From an uncultured Ignavibacteriales bacterium (GTDB lineage: Bacteria; Bacteroidota; Ignavibacteria; UBA10030; SZUA-254): DNA of 64,000 nucleotides. Positions 19,276-31,020 of the stretch are shown here, one piece after another. Within the stretch, counting starts at the first letter, position 1. Each line of letters begins with the position of its first letter. The stretch spans positions 806,709 through 870,708 of the forward strand of contig CAVQPS010000009.1 in the NCBI GenBank assembly GCA_963714795.1, given 5' to 3'. The notes below the pieces were generated by a model that was not told the origin of the DNA, made no database searches, and saw nothing but the letters and a program-made list of their open reading frames with translations. Made by a program: the position numbers and the translations under genes.

Positions 19276-21159
19276 ATGCCATCCCGGGCTGAAAATTTTT
19301 CACCGTTGCTCGAATCGGTTCGCCTGCGTTGGAAGTCGCTTGCCGTTATTACCGTCGTTGTTTTCTGTGTGTACGGACAGACATTGCAATTCGGTTTTAT
19401 CAATTATGATGACGATGAACTCGTGTATCATAATGCCGCATTTCTTTCTCACTGGGAAAATATCGGAACGGCATTCGGCAGTCATGCCTTTATCGGCGCC
19501 GGTGGAGAAAGCATCTATTACCGCCCGCTGTTAACCGCCAGCTATATTATAGATTTTCATATTTGGAGACTGAATCCGCTCGGATATCATGTAACAAATA
19601 TTCTGTTGCATTGCCTGACATCGCTGGGAGTGTTTTTTCTGATACTTTTCATTCTTCAATCGGAATTGCCAGCTTTTGCCGGTGCACTTGTCTTTGCAAT
19701 TCATCCGGTTCAGACCGAATCCGTTGCGTGGATTGCCGGACGCAACGACCTGCTGTTGGGATTATTTGTGGTCGCGATGTTGATCTTTTATGCCGTTAGC
19801 ACCGCTCAACGTGTCATTGAAAAACCGTTTCGCTTTCTCGCATGGTTTGCCTTTCTGGCGGCATTGTTCACAAAAGAATCCGCCGTCTTTTATTTGTTGC
19901 TTCTGCCGTTGTATGATCTGTGCACCGGTACAAGTACGTTACGAACCATCTGTTCGTTCGGTTATTTCAGAAAATTCCGGATGATGATCATAACGGTTAT
20001 TGCTTATTGCGGAATCCGTTTGATGATTTTCGGAACGGTCATCGGTGCGGAACGGTTGTACGGTCACCGAACAATCGGTGAACGTATCGCCAATATTTTT
20101 CCGATCGTTGCTGAAAATCTGAAATTCATTTTTCTTCCGACGAGTCTCAGTATTGCTCATCCGTTAAACGAACTTCAGTGGTTTCATGCTCCGTGGACTG
20201 TGATAGCATTTGTGATGGTTTTGGTTCTTGCTGGCGTTGCAATATGGTCCTGGAGAAAAGATCGCATGTTGTGTTTCGGTATATTCTGGATCGTTGCCGG
20301 ATCTCTTCCGCTGATGGGGTTGATTCCGGTTGCGATCCCGATTTTAGAACATCGATTATATGTGCCGATGGCCGGATGTGCGATTGTTGTTGCGCGATTG
20401 ATTCAGATGTTGTATGAAAAATTCAAATTGCGAACGATATCATATGTGCTTATTACGGTTTTGGGGATTGTATTAGCCGGATGTTCCCACGCCCGGCTGC
20501 CGGTGTGGAGTAACGGTATCACGCTATTTACCGATGCAGTGCAAAAAGCGCCGTCCTATGCTCCGTCGTTTTTCAGTCTCGGTGCTGCATATTTTGAAGC
20601 GGAACGGTATACCGAAGCAATTCAACCGATGAAAACGTATCTTTCGCAAGCGCCCGTCGATCCGAATGCGCTTTCATTACTGCGTGAAATATATTTTCGT
20701 GCACAACAGTACAACGACGCCGCCGAGATTTCCCGCAGATTAATTTTGCTAGAGCCGCATAATTCCCGGCGCTTTCTTGAGGCAGGAATGCTGTTCGAAG
20801 CAATGCATCAATATGACAGTGCCGCAGTCATGTATCAAAAAGGATTGACCATCGATACTGCGAATGAAGAAATATATATTCATCTTGCCGATATGTATCA
20901 GAAGCAGGAACGTTTAGGAGATGCAGAAGAAAGTTATCGTCGGGTACTTGAGATGGATCCATTGAATGCCGTTGCACCGGTCGCTCTGGCCCGTGCGTTC
21001 GAAGCTCAGGGAAAAAATGATGAAGCAATTCATCTTTTGGAACAACGTATTGCCGCAGGTGAGCCGTCACGTGAAATGATCAACCTTCTGGTATCGCTGT
21101 ATAATAAATCGGGAGACCTGTTAAAAGCGGATCAACTATCGAAACGATTTCACCCATGA
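19276..21159 (+). CDS. TMTC-like GT-C membrane protein (DUF1736-type region with a YYRP motif) plus C-terminal TPR repeats
   Basis: N-terminal polytopic region with a DDDE acidic motif in the first loop and IYYRPL. The C-terminal third shows TPR-like repeats (AYFEAERYTEAIQPMKTYL..., MYQKGLTID...). Confidence 0.7.
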   Translation: MPSRAENFSPLLESVRLRWKSLAVITVVVFCVYGQTLQFGFINYDDDELVYHNAAFLSHWENIGTAFGSHAFIGAGGESIYYRPLLTASYIIDFHIWRLNPLGYHVTNILLHCLTSLGVFFLILFILQSELPAFAGALVFAIHPVQTESVAWIAGRNDLLLGLFVVAMLIFYAVSTAQRVIEKPFRFLAWFAFLAALFTKESAVFYLLLLPLYDLCTGTSTLRTICSFGYFRKFRMMIITVIAYCGIRLMIFGTVIGAERLYGHRTIGERIANIFPIVAENLKFIFLPTSLSIAHPLNELQWFHAPWTVIAFVMVLVLAGVAIWSWRKDRMLCFGIFWIVAGSLPLMGLIPVAIPILEHRLYVPMAGCAIVVARLIQMLYEKFKLRTISYVLITVLGIVLAGCSHARLPVWSNGITLFTDAVQKAPSYAPSFFSLGAAYFEAERYTEAIQPMKTYLSQAPVDPNALSLLREIYFRAQQYNDAAEISRRLILLEPHNSRRFLEAGMLFEAMHQYDSAAVMYQKGLTIDTANEEIYIHLADMYQKQERLGDAEESYRRVLEMDPLNAVAPVALARAFEAQGKNDEAIHLLEQRIAAGEPSREMINLLVSLYNKSGDLLKADQLSKRFHP

Positions 21160-23447
21160 ACAAAAACCTTCATCGACGAACGGTTTTCATTGCCGGCATT
21201 CTGTTGCTGGCGGTGTCGTTAGTGTTTATCAATATTCCGCTCTTGAATTATTTGGGGTACGAATTTTCCACGGCAATCGCCCTGATTGTTCCCTGGATAC
21301 TATGGTTTCCGACATCATTATCAGTTCGTGAATGGATGAAAGAAAACGGAACCGGTTCATTGCGCGGCTTTCGGTCGCTGGTTACCTCGTGCGTTTTTAC
21401 CGGATTCGGACTCTTATTGATTCCGTTGATAGTCGGAGGCCTGAATGTTTTCTTCGTGAAGAATTGTGCGATTGCCGAAGGGGCTTTCTATTATATTCTT
21501 CATCCGTTGGTGACGGCATTCTGGTCGATTGCCCTTTCAATGATATGTTGTGTCCTGGCACGACGACCGTTTCGTCTCTATGCCACAATTCTCGTGTTGA
21601 CTCTTTTGTATCCTTTCTATATCGGTTATGTTTCGCCTCAGATTTATTCGTACAATTTCATTTATGGATTTTTCCCCGGTATTTCGTATGACGAAGTCGT
21701 GCGAATCACGCCGACACTGATTCTCTTCCGGTGTATAACGATTGCGATGGCATTCATGTTCCTGCTGGTGGCATCGCTGGTGATACAAAAATCATCGCCG
21801 GACCGAAAATTCCATGAAAAAATAATGTCCTTGTTTTCACCTTTTCAACCGAAGACAACACAATTATCGGCCCTGGTTCTTGTGATTGGTTTGATCGTTG
21901 TTTGGGTTATTCGTGTCCCGCTCGGTTTTGAAACTTCCGAAGCTTCTATTCGAAAGACTCTTTCTTCACATATCCAAACGGAACACTTTACGATTTATTA
22001 TGCCCCGGCATCATTTTCTCATGATGAAATACAATGGGTCGCCGCTCTTCATGAATTTCGGTATGAACAGGTCTGCACGGCGCTTCACGTAACGATACCG
22101 GTTTCCATGACGTCATATATTTATCCTGATGAGGATACAAAACGCGAGGCAATCGGCACATCAACCACCAATATTGCCAAGCCATGGAGAAAAGAAATCC
22201 ATCTCGACGTTCATTCGTGGCAGGAAACGCTGAAGCATGAGATCGTGCATGTTGTCGCGGGCGAATTCGGCATGCCTGTTATCAAAGCGCATTATCATAT
22301 CGGATTGGTAGAAGGACTTGCGATGGCGATCGACGGCGAGTACGGTAACCGCACTCTCCATGAATATGCCGCGGCAATTAAAACATTTCACCTGATCAAT
22401 AATCCGGGAAGTCTTATCACACCAATCGGTTTTGCAACGCACGGGTCTTCTCTCAGTTATGTGTTGATGGGATCGTTCTGCCGCTATCTTCTTGATCGTT
22501 ACGGCGTCGTACGGTTCAAAGAATTATACGGAGGAAGTTCGGTGGAGAAAGTGTACGGAACGTCGTACCAGAACCTTGTGGACGAATGGCAGTCGTTTCT
22601 GGATCGCATCGTTGTTCCCGGGTCATGGAAGGATCATGTGGAATTTTATTTCAACCGCCCTTCTATTTTTGCAAAGGAATGCGTTCGTACTGTTGCCATA
22701 TTAAATGAAGAAGCAAACCGGAAGCTTGCACACCGTGATTGGGACGGCGCGATTCACGATTTCAAGCAAGCGCTGATGACGAATTGGAACACCGAATCGT
22801 ATGCGGGCATTCTTCGGTCTTCGTATGCCGCCGGCTATTTTGATACCGTGGTCAGTTTATTCGATACCGTGAATCGGGATAGTTCCACGCACTCGGCGTT
22901 TCTCGGATTTCTGTTGGCATACGGTGATGCCGAGTGGCATGAAGGGAACGAGAATTCCGCCGCTGAGGCATATCGAGAGATTCTTCGTATCGATCTTTCC
23001 CGGTCGGTCGACGAAGCGGCAACTGTCCGGCTGGAGGCAATGGACGATCCTGTGGTCGGCCCGATTTTTCCGAAATATCTTTCCATCGCTCAATCCGATA
23101 CAGCTTCATGGAATTTTCTTGATTCGTGTTCACAACTGAAGAATACTCCGTTTCTGCGATTTCTTGAAGCAAGAGCCGGGTTGCGACTGGAAAAATTTCA
23201 ACAGGTGATCGATCTGCTTCAGCTCGATTCAATGCGATTTGCCCATCCCGAATTGAATGCATCGAAAGAACTGATGCTTGGACAGGCATCGCTGCGTTTG
23301 TTGCAATTTCAAAATGCCCGCGCACATTTTTGGCGCTCGCTGAATTTTATCGACAATCTTGCAGCAATGCAGCAAGTGTATGATTGGATTAAACGATGTG
23401 AATGGTATGAACAACATGAACGACAATACTTCAATTCTAAAAAATAG
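21156..23447 (+). CDS. Large polytopic membrane protein with an HExxH...E metallopeptidase-like motif and a TPR-like C-terminal region
   Basis: About 9 predicted TM helices in the first 260 aa, then HEIVHVVAGEF and GLVEGLAMAIDGEYG (a gluzincin-like arrangement), then helical repeats. It overlaps the upstream stop (ATGA). Confidence 0.55.
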   Translation: MNKNLHRRTVFIAGILLLAVSLVFINIPLLNYLGYEFSTAIALIVPWILWFPTSLSVREWMKENGTGSLRGFRSLVTSCVFTGFGLLLIPLIVGGLNVFFVKNCAIAEGAFYYILHPLVTAFWSIALSMICCVLARRPFRLYATILVLTLLYPFYIGYVSPQIYSYNFIYGFFPGISYDEVVRITPTLILFRCITIAMAFMFLLVASLVIQKSSPDRKFHEKIMSLFSPFQPKTTQLSALVLVIGLIVVWVIRVPLGFETSEASIRKTLSSHIQTEHFTIYYAPASFSHDEIQWVAALHEFRYEQVCTALHVTIPVSMTSYIYPDEDTKREAIGTSTTNIAKPWRKEIHLDVHSWQETLKHEIVHVVAGEFGMPVIKAHYHIGLVEGLAMAIDGEYGNRTLHEYAAAIKTFHLINNPGSLITPIGFATHGSSLSYVLMGSFCRYLLDRYGVVRFKELYGGSSVEKVYGTSYQNLVDEWQSFLDRIVVPGSWKDHVEFYFNRPSIFAKECVRTVAILNEEANRKLAHRDWDGAIHDFKQALMTNWNTESYAGILRSSYAAGYFDTVVSLFDTVNRDSSTHSAFLGFLLAYGDAEWHEGNENSAAEAYREILRIDLSRSVDEAATVRLEAMDDPVVGPIFPKYLSIAQSDTASWNFLDSCSQLKNTPFLRFLEARAGLRLEKFQQVIDLLQLDSMRFAHPELNASKELMLGQASLRLLQFQNARAHFWRSLNFIDNLAAMQQVYDWIKRCEWYEQHERQYFNSKK

Positions 23448-23457
23448 TGTTTTCACG

Positions 23458-25117
23458 ATGATGAGTCGGGAAGATCGACGGAATATTGCTATTCTCGTCG
23501 CTCTGACATTTTTTTCACTGATTCTTTTTGTGAACAAGGCGGTGCATATCGATGATACGCTCTTCATCCGCGTTGCACAACAAATTCAATCACACCCCGC
23601 TCGATCCGTATAACTTCACGGTAAACTGGTTCGGTACCGACCGGCCGATGTATGGCGTGACAAAAAACCCGCCGCTGGTCTCGTATTACCTTGCATTGAT
23701 CGGCTCCATTGCGGGCTGGAGCGAACCGGCGCTGCATTGCGCGATGATGATTCCGGCAATTTTCTGTATTATCGGAATTTATATTCTTGCCCGGCAATTT
23801 TGTTCGAAACCGTTTGAAGCCGCTCTCGTTTCGTTGTTTTCACCGGCATTTCTTCTTTCGTCGACGACGCTCATGTGTGATGTGATGATGCTGTGTCTCT
23901 GGATATGGTCGATCATTTTTTGGATGAACGGAATTCGCAGCCGGTCCCGGTCACAGTTGATCATCGCATCATTTCTCATAGCACTTTCCGCTTTGACAAA
24001 ATATTTCGGCGCGGCACTCATCCCGCTTTTGGCTGTATGGACTATTGCAGAACGCAAACGAATCGATTCTTCGCTCATCGCGATGGTGATTCCGGTTGTG
24101 ATTCTTGCAGGATATCAATGGCTGACAATGAAATATTACGGTCATGGACTTCTTTTTGATGCGGCTTCGTACGCGACCGATAATGAAGTTCGCGGGTTCA
24201 CCGCTTATGTTTCGAAAAGTTTCGTCGGATTGGCATTTACCGGCGGGTGTTTTATTGCCCCACTATTCTTTTCGCACACGTTGTGGAGCCGAAAGTCTCT
24301 TGTTCGCACTGGAATTATTTCCGGCATGATTTTTTTAACGGTCGTACTATTTCAAAGCATTTCCGGTTCGATTCATCTGAACGAGAAGAGCGTGTCGTGG
24401 ACATTCATTTTTCAATTCGGCCTTTTGGATCTGATCGGAATGACAGTCATTTCGCTTGCGATAGCGGATGTCAAAAAGCATCGGGATGCTTCTTCGTTGA
24501 TGATTATTTGTTGGATCGTGGGGACATTTCTTTTTACGATTTTCATCAACTGGACGGTCAACGGCCGCTCGATATTGCCGCTGGTACCGGCGGCAGCAAT
24601 CCTGTTGATGCGACGATATGATGATCGGTGGAATAACGCCGAACCGCATAGTACGCTAACCGTTGTTGCACCGATTATCGTTTGTGCAATCGTTGCGCTC
24701 ACCGTTACCTATTCGGATTTTTCTCTCGCCAATGCTATCCGTGACGATGTCACCGCAATTTGGTCTCATCCCCGCACACCGAATTCGAAAATCTGGTTCG
24801 AAGGCCATTGGGGTTTTCAATATTACATGGAAACATCGGGCGGAAAAGCTTTCGATGTGGAACGGAGCACGCTCAACCGCGGCGATATTGTTATTATTCC
24901 GGTCAATAATACATCGTTGTATCATCTGCCGGAGCGTTATTTTGTGTTGAGCGACTCCCTTCTGGGCAACGGCATATCCTTGCTCGCGACGATGAACAAT
25001 ACCGCGGGAGCCGGATTCTATTCCGATTTTTGGGGACCGATGCCGTTTGTTTTTGGAGAAATTCCGCCGGAAAAATACTATGTCTACATCCTCAAAGAAG
25101 GAATCGCAATTCATTGA
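23458..25117 (+). CDS. GT39/ArnT-like (PMT_2) GT-C glycosyltransferase. A -1/+1 frameshift near 23598 separates the first TM segment from the rest.
   Basis: The frame-1 N-terminus MMSREDRRNIAILVALTFFSLILFVNKAVHIDDTLFIRVAQQIQSHP is followed in frame 2 by LDPYNFTVNWFGTDRPMYGVTKNPPLVSYYLAL.... Together they give the ArnT/PMT first-loop pattern (D-D...HPPL). The shift lies in the CCCC run at about 23597-23600. Confidence 0.7.
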
Positions 25118-25179
25118 TCAAAAATTTTTGAACGATCCTTCAGCATTGCTTCTCTATTATAAGTTCCCTATTTTCTGTT

Positions 25180-26214
25180 ATGCAATCGATTAAACGCATC
25201 CTTCTTTCACGGATGAAATACATCGGCGACATTGTGTTGACGACGCCGGTTATCCGCGCGACACGGGAGAAATTTCCGGACGCATATATTGCGTACCTTG
25301 GCGATAAAAAAGCCACCTCGCTGCTCGAACACAATCCCTATCTTGATGAAATTCTTTCATACGATTTTACCCGTCCGGATATGCTTGAACAAATCCGCAT
25401 GATCATCCAGATTCGAAAACGGAAGTTCGATGTCTTTGTCGATCTCTTTTCCAACCCGCGCACGGCGATGCTTGCCCGTGCAAGCGGTGCCCCGATCCGG
25501 ATCGGCAAAGATGTGAAGGGAAGAGGTAAAGTCTACACCCATCGTGTCGGCGATTACGGAAGCATGAAGTCGGCAATTGAATTTCATTATCAGTATGTAA
25601 AACCGCTCGGTGTGGAAATGAAATATTTCCAGACGGAAATTTTTTTGACGGAAGACGAGCGGCGCGAAGCACGTATTTTTCTCAAACATCAGGACGTCGA
25701 TATCGCAAAACCGATCGTTGCTCTTCATCCCGGCGCAACGTGGAGCAATAAGATGTGGGATAAAAACCGGTTTGCGGAACTGATCGATCTTCTGCGTGCA
25801 AAACTCGGTGTCGAAATTCTTCTCAGCCCCGGTCCGGAAGATCAGCAATTAATGAATTCGATCATCAACAATACCACCGCCAACGTTCATCTCTTACCGG
25901 TCTTGCCGGTGCGCCAGCTTGCTGCAATTCTGTCGCAATGTGCGGTATTCGTTTCGAATGATTGCGGCCCGATGCACATCGGCGTTGCTGTCGGTACAAA
26001 AACAATCGGCATTTTCGGTCCGGAACCGCCGGAAGTGTGGTTTCCCTATTCTGCAAACGACGGTCATCTCGCTCTGTTCAAAAAAATCGAATGCTCACCT
26101 TGCCGTACGACAAGCTGTTTCCGTGAAGCTGAAAAGTTTATGGAATGTATGCAGTTGATTTCTGTTCGTGAAGTTTTCGATGAAGTCAAAAAAAGAATCA
26201 TTCCTGCTCAATAA
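25180..26214 (+). CDS. GT9 family glycosyltransferase (ADP-heptose:LPS heptosyltransferase-like)
   Basis: ILLSRMKYIGDIVLTTPVIRATREKFPDAYIAYL... and the C-terminal CGPMHIGVAVGTKTIGIFGP are typical of GT9. Confidence 0.8.
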   Translation: MQSIKRILLSRMKYIGDIVLTTPVIRATREKFPDAYIAYLGDKKATSLLEHNPYLDEILSYDFTRPDMLEQIRMIIQIRKRKFDVFVDLFSNPRTAMLARASGAPIRIGKDVKGRGKVYTHRVGDYGSMKSAIEFHYQYVKPLGVEMKYFQTEIFLTEDERREARIFLKHQDVDIAKPIVALHPGATWSNKMWDKNRFAELIDLLRAKLGVEILLSPGPEDQQLMNSIINNTTANVHLLPVLPVRQLAAILSQCAVFVSNDCGPMHIGVAVGTKTIGIFGPEPPEVWFPYSANDGHLALFKKIECSPCRTTSCFREAEKFMECMQLISVREVFDEVKKRIIPAQ

Positions 26215-26294
26215 ATTTTCCCTCGCACTATCCGATTTCGATCCATCTCTTTCTCCGCGTTGCATTTCGTTCGCATTTTGGCGATATTATTTAA

Positions 26295-27620
<1,326 letters not shown>

Positions 27621-27636
27621 TTGAATGAATTGTTGA

Positions 27637-27659
27637 GGATATCACAATTTGTGTTATCC
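27637..27659. promoter_or_regulatory. Imperfect inverted repeat GGATATCACAA-TT-TGTGTTATCC between eno and modA. It is either a candidate operator or a terminator stem.
   Basis: 10 of 11 arm matches. It lies 17 nt after the eno stop and 40 nt before the modA start, with no T-tract after it. Confidence 0.3.
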
Positions 27660-27699
27660 TTAAAATACTTTAAAATGGTAGTCTATCTCAAACCCATCG

Positions 27700-28527
27700 A
27701 TGATGAACGTTAAAAAAGTATTTACAATTTTGATAATACCGTTCTTCTTCATGCAATCGGATATTTCTGCACAAAAAAATGAGGTAAGCGAATTAACCGT
27801 TTTTGCTGCTGCATCGCTCACCGAAGCGTGTACTTCACTTGGCAACCAATTCGAACAATCTCATCCCGGAACAAAAATCGTTTTTAACTTCGGCGGTTCA
27901 CAGCAATTGATACAACAGTTGGCAAACGGGGCCGAAGCGGATTTATATATGCCGGCAAGTCAGAAATACATCAAGCTTGCTATCGATCAAAATCTTGTCG
28001 ACAGCCGGTCCGTGAAAATATTTTGCCACAATCGACTCGTGGTCATTCTTCCGAAAGAAAATCCCGGCGACATCCATAAACTTCAGGATCTTGCGAAGCC
28101 GAATCTTAAAATCATTCTTGCACAAAAAGAAGTTCCCGCCGGACAATATGCGCTGGATTTTTTGGAGAAATGTTCGCGCCGGGCAGAATTCGGCGAACCA
28201 TTCAAACAAAACGTTCTGGCAAATGTCGTGTCGTATGAAGAAAATGTCAAGGCGGTTGTCGGGAAAATTAAACTGGGCGAAGCCGATGCTGGCATCGTCT
28301 ATCGTTCGGACGTTTCCACCGATTCATTGCATTATCTTCAAACGATCGGGGTTCCGGATAGCATGAATGTGATTGCCTCGTATCCCGTCGGCGTCGTTCG
28401 CGGATTGCATCACGAAAAACTTGCGGGTGAGTTTCTTCGATTTCTTCTGTCGCATGAGGGGCAATCAATTCTTGCAAAGTTCGGATTCGAAACGGTTTCC
28501 GGCCACGATTTGAAAGATCGTCGGTAA
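27700..28527 (+). CDS. modA: Molybdate ABC transporter substrate-binding protein
   Basis: Signal peptide. FAAASLTEACTSLGNQFE...VFNFGGSQQL matches the ModA family pattern. Confidence 0.85.
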   Translation: MMNVKKVFTILIIPFFFMQSDISAQKNEVSELTVFAAASLTEACTSLGNQFEQSHPGTKIVFNFGGSQQLIQQLANGAEADLYMPASQKYIKLAIDQNLVDSRSVKIFCHNRLVVILPKENPGDIHKLQDLAKPNLKIILAQKEVPAGQYALDFLEKCSRRAEFGEPFKQNVLANVVSYEENVKAVVGKIKLGEADAGIVYRSDVSTDSLHYLQTIGVPDSMNVIASYPVGVVRGLHHEKLAGEFLRFLLSHEGQSILAKFGFETVSGHDLKDRR

Positions 28528-29360
28528 TGAGCGGTGAAAATTTGCATCACCAACATCCGCTACCGATTTCTGCAAAGCGGTTTCCTCGTTGGCTTCTTAT
28601 CGTTGCAAGTATTCCGTTTCTCGCATTTCTCACCGTTCCGCTGGTTGCGTTGATTCTTCATACATCGATGTCGCATTTGCTGGATTCGCTTTTCGAGCCG
28701 CATGTTGCCGAAGCGATGATGTTAAGTATTTCGACGACGCTGGTGACGACCGTTCTCGCCGTGATCTTCGGAACGCCGGTTGCGTATCTCCTTGCCCGGC
28801 ATCGATTTTGGGGGCGTTCGCTTGTCGATACGATCGTCGATCTTCCGATGGTGTTGCCGCCCGCTGTTGCTGGCGTTGCATTACTGATGGCGTTCGGAAG
28901 ACAGGGAATGTTCGGTTCGTTCATGCAGAACTTTGGAATCAGGATTGCTTTTACACAAGTCGCGGTAGTTCTTGCACAGCTTTTCGTTGCTTCGCCGTTT
29001 TATATAAAGTCGGCTGTGCAGGGATTTGCCGGCATCGATCGCGAAATCGAGCATGCGGCAGCGATGGATGGCGCGTCGGCATTTCATGTATTCCGGAATG
29101 TAACGATTCCACTTGCACTTCCGTCGTTATTCAGCGGTATATTGATGACGTGGGCGAGAGCGTTGGGTGAGTTCGGCGCGACGATCATCTTTGCCGGAAA
29201 TTTTCCCGGCAGAACGCAGACCATGCCGCTGGCAATTTATATCGGTTTTGAAATCGACTTTTCCGTCGCCCTGACACTTGCCGTTGTGTTGTTGGCAATT
29301 TCATTTGCCATTATTATTCTGTTGAAAAAAATTCTCCATGACCGGATGTTTTTGGTATAG
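28527..29360 (+). CDS. modB: Molybdate ABC transporter permease
   Basis: Permease EAA-loop-like motif MDGASAFHVFRNVTIPLALP. Its ATG overlaps the modA stop. Confidence 0.85.
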   Translation: MSGENLHHQHPLPISAKRFPRWLLIVASIPFLAFLTVPLVALILHTSMSHLLDSLFEPHVAEAMMLSISTTLVTTVLAVIFGTPVAYLLARHRFWGRSLVDTIVDLPMVLPPAVAGVALLMAFGRQGMFGSFMQNFGIRIAFTQVAVVLAQLFVASPFYIKSAVQGFAGIDREIEHAAAMDGASAFHVFRNVTIPLALPSLFSGILMTWARALGEFGATIIFAGNFPGRTQTMPLAIYIGFEIDFSVALTLAVVLLAISFAIIILLKKILHDRMFLV

Positions 29361-29412
29361 TCAGAATTTCTTCGTAAAATTACTTCATTAATTAAATCAA
29401 TTTGGGTATTGC

Positions 29413-30924
29413 ATGAAACGATCATCTTCAACGAAAAAATCAACGAAACGAAAAAAATCTTCCAAACAAAGGAAGGTTTTGTCACAAAAAGCTCAGACCG
29501 GTTCAGTCATACATTTCGGTACCGATGGGTGGCGGGGAAAGATTGCCGAAGATTATACATTTGATAACGTGCGGCGATGTACGCAGGGATTTGCAGGATA
29601 TTTGAAATCGATATATTCATCCGCCCAGCTTCAGCGCGGCGTTGTCGTTGGCGGTGATCGCCGGTTTAATTCCGAACATTTTGCCGCTGCAGCCGCCGAA
29701 GTTCTTGCGGGCAACGGCATTCCGGTTCATTTTTGCGGCGGCGGTGTGCCGACGCCGGTGATTTCATTCAGCGTCAAAGCGCGCAATGCGATTGCAGCGA
29801 TCAATATTACTGCAAGTCACAATCCTCCCGGCGACAATGGATTTAAAGTGCGTGATGAGAACGGCGGCGCCATTGCACCGGACGGGTTGAAAAAAATTGA
29901 AAAGCTTATTCCGAAAAATCTGACCGGCGTCAAGCAACTGAAGTTTTCCGACGGTAAATCGTCCGGTGTGATTAAAGAATTCAATGCCGATGCGCAGTAT
30001 ATCGAGCAAATCAAAAAAATGGTTGATCTCGGTCCGATCAAAAATGCGGGCTTGAAAATTCTTGTCGACCCGATGTGGGGAAACGGTGCCGGATGGTTCT
30101 CGCGGTTGATCGGCGGCGGCAAAACGCAGGTCATCGAAATTCATAGCGACCGGAACCCGTCGTTTCCGGAAATGGGAAGACCCGAACCGATCCAGCCGAA
30201 TATCGATGTCGGTTTGAATAAAGGAAAAGAAATCGGTGCGGATGTCGTGCTGATTACCGACGGCGATGCCGATCGCTGCGGTATCGGTGATGAACGCGGA
30301 CAGTTCATCGACCAGCTTCGCGTGTACGGTTTGCTGGCGTTGTATTTGCTTGAAGTGCGCGGACAGCGCGGAGCTATTGTGAAAACACTATCGACGACTT
30401 CGATGCTCGAAGCTCTCGGGAAAATATATAATGTTCCTGTTTATGAAACCGGTGTCGGATTCAAATATGTTGCACCGAAAATGATGGAGACCGATGCGCT
30501 CATCGGCGGCGAAGAAAGCGGCGGCTATGCATTCCGGAATCATGTGCCGGAGCGGGACGGGATTCTTGCCAATCTGTTTTTCCTCGACTTCATGGTGAAG
30601 ACCGGACTCAAACCGTCACAGCTTCTTCAGAAATTATTCGATAAGGTCGGGCCCCATTTTTACGATCGCATTGATACCGTCATCGATGCCGGTCAGAAAG
30701 AAAGCATTCTCAAAAAATTGAAAGCGAACTTTCCGAAAGAACTTGTCGGCCGGGAAGTGGTCAACACCAATCTATCCGATGGTTTCAAGTTCATTCTCAG
30801 CGACGGCAGCTGGTTACTCATCCGGTTTTCCGGAACAGAACCGCTGGTCCGGATGTATTCTGAAGCAGGAAGCCACGAGCTCGTTCAGAAAATTCTCGCC
30901 GCAGGGAAAGCGCTCGTTCAATGA
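29413..30924 (+). CDS. Alpha-D-phosphohexomutase (phosphoglucomutase/phosphomannomutase family) with a Lys/Ser-rich N-terminal extension
   Basis: Active-site [21 protein letters not shown], and the sugar-binding GGEESGG. The first ~30 aa ([20 protein letters not shown]) are low complexity. Confidence 0.85.
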   Translation: MKRSSSTKKSTKRKKSSKQRKVLSQKAQTGSVIHFGTDGWRGKIAEDYTFDNVRRCTQGFAGYLKSIYSSAQLQRGVVVGGDRRFNSEHFAAAAAEVLAGNGIPVHFCGGGVPTPVISFSVKARNAIAAINITASHNPPGDNGFKVRDENGGAIAPDGLKKIEKLIPKNLTGVKQLKFSDGKSSGVIKEFNADAQYIEQIKKMVDLGPIKNAGLKILVDPMWGNGAGWFSRLIGGGKTQVIEIHSDRNPSFPEMGRPEPIQPNIDVGLNKGKEIGADVVLITDGDADRCGIGDERGQFIDQLRVYGLLALYLLEVRGQRGAIVKTLSTTSMLEALGKIYNVPVYETGVGFKYVAPKMMETDALIGGEESGGYAFRNHVPERDGILANLFFLDFMVKTGLKPSQLLQKLFDKVGPHFYDRIDTVIDAGQKESILKKLKANFPKELVGREVVNTNLSDGFKFILSDGSWLLIRFSGTEPLVRMYSEAGSHELVQKILAAGKALVQ

Positions 30925-30930
30925 CAATAA

Positions 30931-31020
30931 TTGACAATTGCTAATTTTCGATTGTTAATTACTAATTATTAATTTATAATTGTTAACTGTTAACTTATAA
31001 TTCATAATCATAAAGGAGAA
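30931..31020 (+). promoter_or_regulatory. AT-rich osmC upstream region containing TTGACA and repeated TAATT/GTTAAC motifs, which may be a promoter and operator
   Basis: TTGACAATTG at 30931. A tandem GTTAAC-T-GTTAAC palindrome at 30981-30993. RBS AAAGGAGAA at 31012. Confidence 0.35.
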
